Assembly (NCBI GenBank): GCA_964641555.1
Contig: CAZXKA010000004.1
Location: forward strand, 30,886 to 94,885
Source: an uncultured Candidatus Peribacteria bacterium
GTDB taxonomy: Bacteria; Patescibacteriota; Gracilibacteria; Peribacterales; Peribacteraceae
Reading direction: 5' to 3'
Length of the DNA stretch: 64,000 bases
Below the pieces are notes generated by a model. It worked only from the letters and a program-made list of their open reading frames with translations, did not search any database and was not told the DNA's origin. Positions 61,370 through 64,000 of the stretch are shown here, piece by piece (position 1 is the stretch's first letter; each line of letters opens with the position of its first letter). A program made the translations under genes and the position numbers.

Positions 61370-61810
61370 TCAGCGCGTGACGCTGATCGTCTCGCCCTGC
61401 TCGGCGCCCGGCGCCGTGACCGTGATGCGGCCGTTGGCGGTGCTGACGATGAAGTAGTTCGTACCCGTCGAGTTCGCGACTTGCGGATCGCGGGGGATAC
61501 GAACGAGGTAGGAACCCGTGAGCACGTCGAGGTCGGCGACCGTACCGCCGCACGTGGCGCCCGTGGCGCAGATCTCACGCGAAGTCGTCGTGATCGAGCT
61601 CGGCAGCGTGCCGTCATTATCGATCGAGTACTGGTACACGGCGTTGAGGATCGTGTTCACGTCGGACTTGCGCTGTGCGTTGCGCGCGTCACCCAACTGC
61701 TTCGTCGGGTTGATGGCGACGATCACGATGGACGCCAAGATGGCGATGATACCGATGACCAGGAGGAGTTCGATGAGGGTGAACCCCTGGCGGAGCTGTA
61801 GCTTGCGCAT
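61370..61810 (-). CDS. type IV pilin-like protein (paralogue B, likely major pilin)
   Basis: MRKLQLRQG|FTLIELLLVIGIIAILASIV. QRKSDVNTILNAVYQY. GTNYFIVSTANGRITVTAPGAE. Extended -10 TGgTATACT about 60 nt upstream. Confidence 0.9.
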   Translation of the reverse strand: MRKLQLRQGFTLIELLLVIGIIAILASIVIVAINPTKQLGDARNAQRKSDVNTILNAVYQYSIDNDGTLPSSITTTSREICATGATCGGTVADLDVLTGSYLVRIPRDPQVANSTGTNYFIVSTANGRITVTAPGAEQGETISVTR

Positions 61811-61954
61811 ACGGTGAGAGAGGAGGGAGGTAGAAACGGAACGCGAACGCGCTCCTAACAGTACGGCAGTATACCAATTCCGCTTGGCACTCCGGCGTTT
61901 CGGCTTGACGGTGGAGCGGAACTTGATGCCCTCGTACATGGCTGGCCGCCCGCT

Positions 61955-62653
61955 TCAGGAGCATTCGAGCGCCGTCGACGCGTACTGACAGACGCCGGTA
62001 TCGCACAGATACCACTCGAACGTATTGCCGTTCACGCACGCTGCAGCGGGGCAATTACACGCGCCGGCAGGCTCGCCGTCGGGCAGCAAGCCGAACGCCG
62101 CGTCGAACCGCTGCGTGTAGACGCGCGGCATTTGCAGACGCACCGTGCGCGTCACGAGGAACGATACGGCGATGCTCTGACTGACGGACGACGTCGACGT
62201 ATTCCGGATCCGCAACTCTTCGATCGCCACTTGCTCATTGCTGATTTCCTCCAGGGTAGAGCGTTGAATGATGACGACGCTGCCGCTCTGCAGCGCGACG
62301 ATCGTCGGGTTCGTCGATCCCGATCCCGTCTGCAACACGAGGACGTTTCCCGTTTGTCCCGGCGCGGGGCTGAGAATCGTTTCGGCATTCCGAATCTTGA
62401 GACCGATGTTCTGAATGACCTGCGTTCCGTTCTGCTCGACGAGCGACATCGTCTGCTGAAGCAATCGATTTTCCGATGCCATGAAGAGCATGGGCACGGC
62501 GACGGCCATCACGATCCCCATGATCGCGAGGAAGATGAGCAGTTCGATGAGCGTGGTGCCGGGACGAAGAGACCAGATTCCAGAGACCAGATCTGGTCTC
62601 TTGGTCTCTTGGTCTCTTGGCCGGTCGTGTGGGTGGGAGATCGTCACGGGCAT
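61955..62653 (-). CDS. minor pilin-like protein with unusually long leader
   Basis: ...SLRPG|TTLIELLIFLAIMGIVMAV, a prepilin-type hydrophobic N-terminus preceded by a 32-aa leader that contains a palindromic repeat. Cys-rich C-terminus. Confidence 0.8.
   Translation of the reverse strand: MPVTISHPHDRPRDQETKRPDLVSGIWSLRPGTTLIELLIFLAIMGIVMAVAVPMLFMASENRLLQQTMSLVEQNGTQVIQNIGLKIRNAETILSPAPGQTGNVLVLQTGSGSTNPTIVALQSGSVVIIQRSTLEEISNEQVAIEELRIRNTSTSSVSQSIAVSFLVTRTVRLQMPRVYTQRFDAAFGLLPDGEPAGACNCPAAACVNGNTFEWYLCDTGVCQYASTALECS
62567..62620. repeat. GAGACC-repeat palindrome inside the minor-pilin leader
   Basis: AAGAGACCAGATTCCAGAGACCAGATCTGGTCTCTTGGTCTCTTGGTCTCTT. The central 20-nt perfect palindrome is AGAGACCAGATCTGGTCTCT (62582-62601). 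Confidence 0.6.
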
Positions 62654-63060
62654 TGGGTGAAGGCAACGACTTCGCTGAAGGACGACGTCTTCACGGTCGG
62701 AAAGAGTTCCGACACGACCATTTGGAATCGGCGCGTGCTCTTGCCGTATGCCCCTTCCACGCAGATACGCCGATCATTCGTGCCGTCTCCGACCACGGGA
62801 TGAATGACGCACGTGCCCCGTTCCGTCGAGAGCGTTTCGCCGCCGGCGTACGACGGTTCGGCGCGCAACGTGCGCAACGTGCGCTCGATGCAACCGCGCG
62901 CGTTCGCTTCGGCCTGAGCGGACTGCGACACGAGCAGACCGTTTTGTTCCGCGGCCCACCCGAGGAGCATGAGCGACGTCGCGGTAGCGGTCGCCATGAC
63001 GCCGATGACGAGCACCGTCACCAGGAACGCGTAGCCGGGGCGCGAGCGAAGAGCGTTCAT
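62644..63060 (-). CDS. PilX-like / pseudopilin-like protein
   Basis: MNALRSRPGYAFLVTVLVIGVMATATATSLMLLGW, a hydrophobic N-terminal helix without Glu5. Start and stop overlap the flanking pilus genes. Confidence 0.7.
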   Translation of the reverse strand: MNALRSRPGYAFLVTVLVIGVMATATATSLMLLGWAAEQNGLLVSQSAQAEANARGCIERTLRTLRAEPSYAGGETLSTERGTCVIHPVVGDGTNDRRICVEGAYGKSTRRFQMVVSELFPTVKTSSFSEVVAFTQCP

Positions 63061-64000
63061 GGGCAGGAACCAGTGGAAGCCGCGGGTCTAAAAATGATCA
63101 CCGCTTGTTCGGTGAGCAAAATCACGCGGTCGCGCACCGGATCGTAGAGGACGCCGCGGCCTTTGCCGGACGACGAGTTGTACGTCGCCAATTCCGTAAG
63201 CGTCGACGTGTCGCGCACGTGCACCACCTGCAACGCCTTGCGGCCGCTGTCGGCGCTCAGGAACCCGACGCAGCGCGACGGATCCATCGCGGCGCCGACG
63301 ACGCTGCCGCTGCCTTCGTGATACCACGGCCCCGGCGACGAGACCGCCGGCACCTTGGGGCGGACGCTGAACAGGACCATCTCCTGAATCGATCCTTTCA
63401 AGGTTCCGAGAATCGCGGAGGTTCCCACGAGCGCGATCGACTGCGCATCGAGCGTGCGATCGCCCAGGTTGTACCCGGGTACCGATGCCAGCGCAAGCGC
63501 ACCCGATTCGTAGATGCGAAATGCGCGCAGCTCGAAGCTATCTTGCGTCGATGCGGCGTAGACGCCGGTGCCGCTCGTCGCGATCGCCAACACGTCGCCC
63601 GCGTCGTCTTCGCTGTCGATCAAGGTCAACGCACCCGTGCCACTGATATCGTACGCATAGAGTTCATTCTCGCCTCCGACGCCGCTCTGCGTGGTGCCGA
63701 CGAGCAATACGCGATCGGTAATCGCGAGGCTGCGCGCGCGACCCGAACCCTGCACGTTCACCGTCGTCACGGCCGTCACGGCGGACGGCGAGGAGATGTC
63801 GTACACTTTCAGCTCGGCGTTCGCATCGGCCGTCGCGACGTAGAGACGATTGCCGCGAACGGCGACGTCGTATGCGGCGGAACCGATCGAGAAACCGGAG
63901 ACGAGACGCGCGGGCGATGCGGGATTCGCGATGTCTAAGACGTAGAGACCGGTGGTGTTGCCGGCGGCAACGTAGAGCGTGGACCGCTTGATGACGCCGC
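63057..64000 (-). CDS. LVIVD-repeat beta-propeller protein (5'-partial, continues right of window)
   Basis: The frame stays open to the window edge beyond the listed GTG. Repeats LYVAAGNTTGLYVLDIANPASP, LYVATADANAELKVYDISSPSAV, ELYAYDISGTGAL. ATGA overlap with the next gene. Confidence 0.8.
   Translation of the reverse strand, partial: GVIKRSTLYVAAGNTTGLYVLDIANPASPARLVSGFSIGSAAYDVAVRGNRLYVATADANAELKVYDISSPSAVTAVTTVNVQGSGRARSLAITDRVLLVGTTQSGVGGENELYAYDISGTGALTLIDSEDDAGDVLAIATSGTGVYAASTQDSFELRAFRIYESGALALASVPGYNLGDRTLDAQSIALVGTSAILGTLKGSIQEMVLFSVRPKVPAVSSPGPWYHEGSGSVVGAAMDPSRCVGFLSADSGRKALQVVHVRDTSTLTELATYNSSSGKGRGVLYDPVRDRVILLTEQAVIIFRPAASTGSCP

Overview
GC-rich chromosomal backbone with strong G/C third-codon bias and no rRNA, CRISPR array, transposase or integrase. 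About 60 protein genes are supportable. Housekeeping genes are topA, hup, khpB/jag, dnaJ, recJ, galU, uvrB, serS, zwf, pgl, comM, murA, holB, secA, tsaB and nusA. Envelope genes are a PBP1A, GT4 and GT2 glycosyltransferases, an amidase-SpoIID fusion, a polyprenyl-phosphate sugar transferase and a UppP-DedA fusion. There are three SLH-domain proteins, two large secreted proteins sharing an unnamed C-terminal module, and a type IV pilin operon with an adjacent histidine kinase at the right edge. RNA genes are RNase P RNA (about 57901-58333, minus), tRNA-Thr(UGU) and an atypical tRNA-Arg(CCU). The gene content (CPR-style pilins, SLH proteins, a four-helix-bundle gene, small operons) resembles Patescibacteria/CPR-like lineages, but that is inference only. 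Six observations seem most worth follow-up. (1) A family of GCAGAA-repeat hairpin elements occupies four loci, and one pair brackets an AT-rich four-helix-bundle (23S-IVS/Avd family) gene, giving an IVS-like cassette outside rRNA. (2) A synonymously recoded, in-frame second copy of the last 21 codons of uvrB lies 42 nt past its stop. (3) A UppP-DedA fusion links C55-PP phosphatase to a proposed C55-P flippase family. (4) A TANNNT-N6-start codon arrangement recurs and predicts leaderless mRNAs. (5) GAGACC-heptamer palindromes are inserted in frame in two coding regions. (6) The DNA upstream of a hypothetical gene and of hup is structured. Starts were chosen from the ORF track plus sequence context. 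Non-coding coordinates may be off by 1-2 nt.
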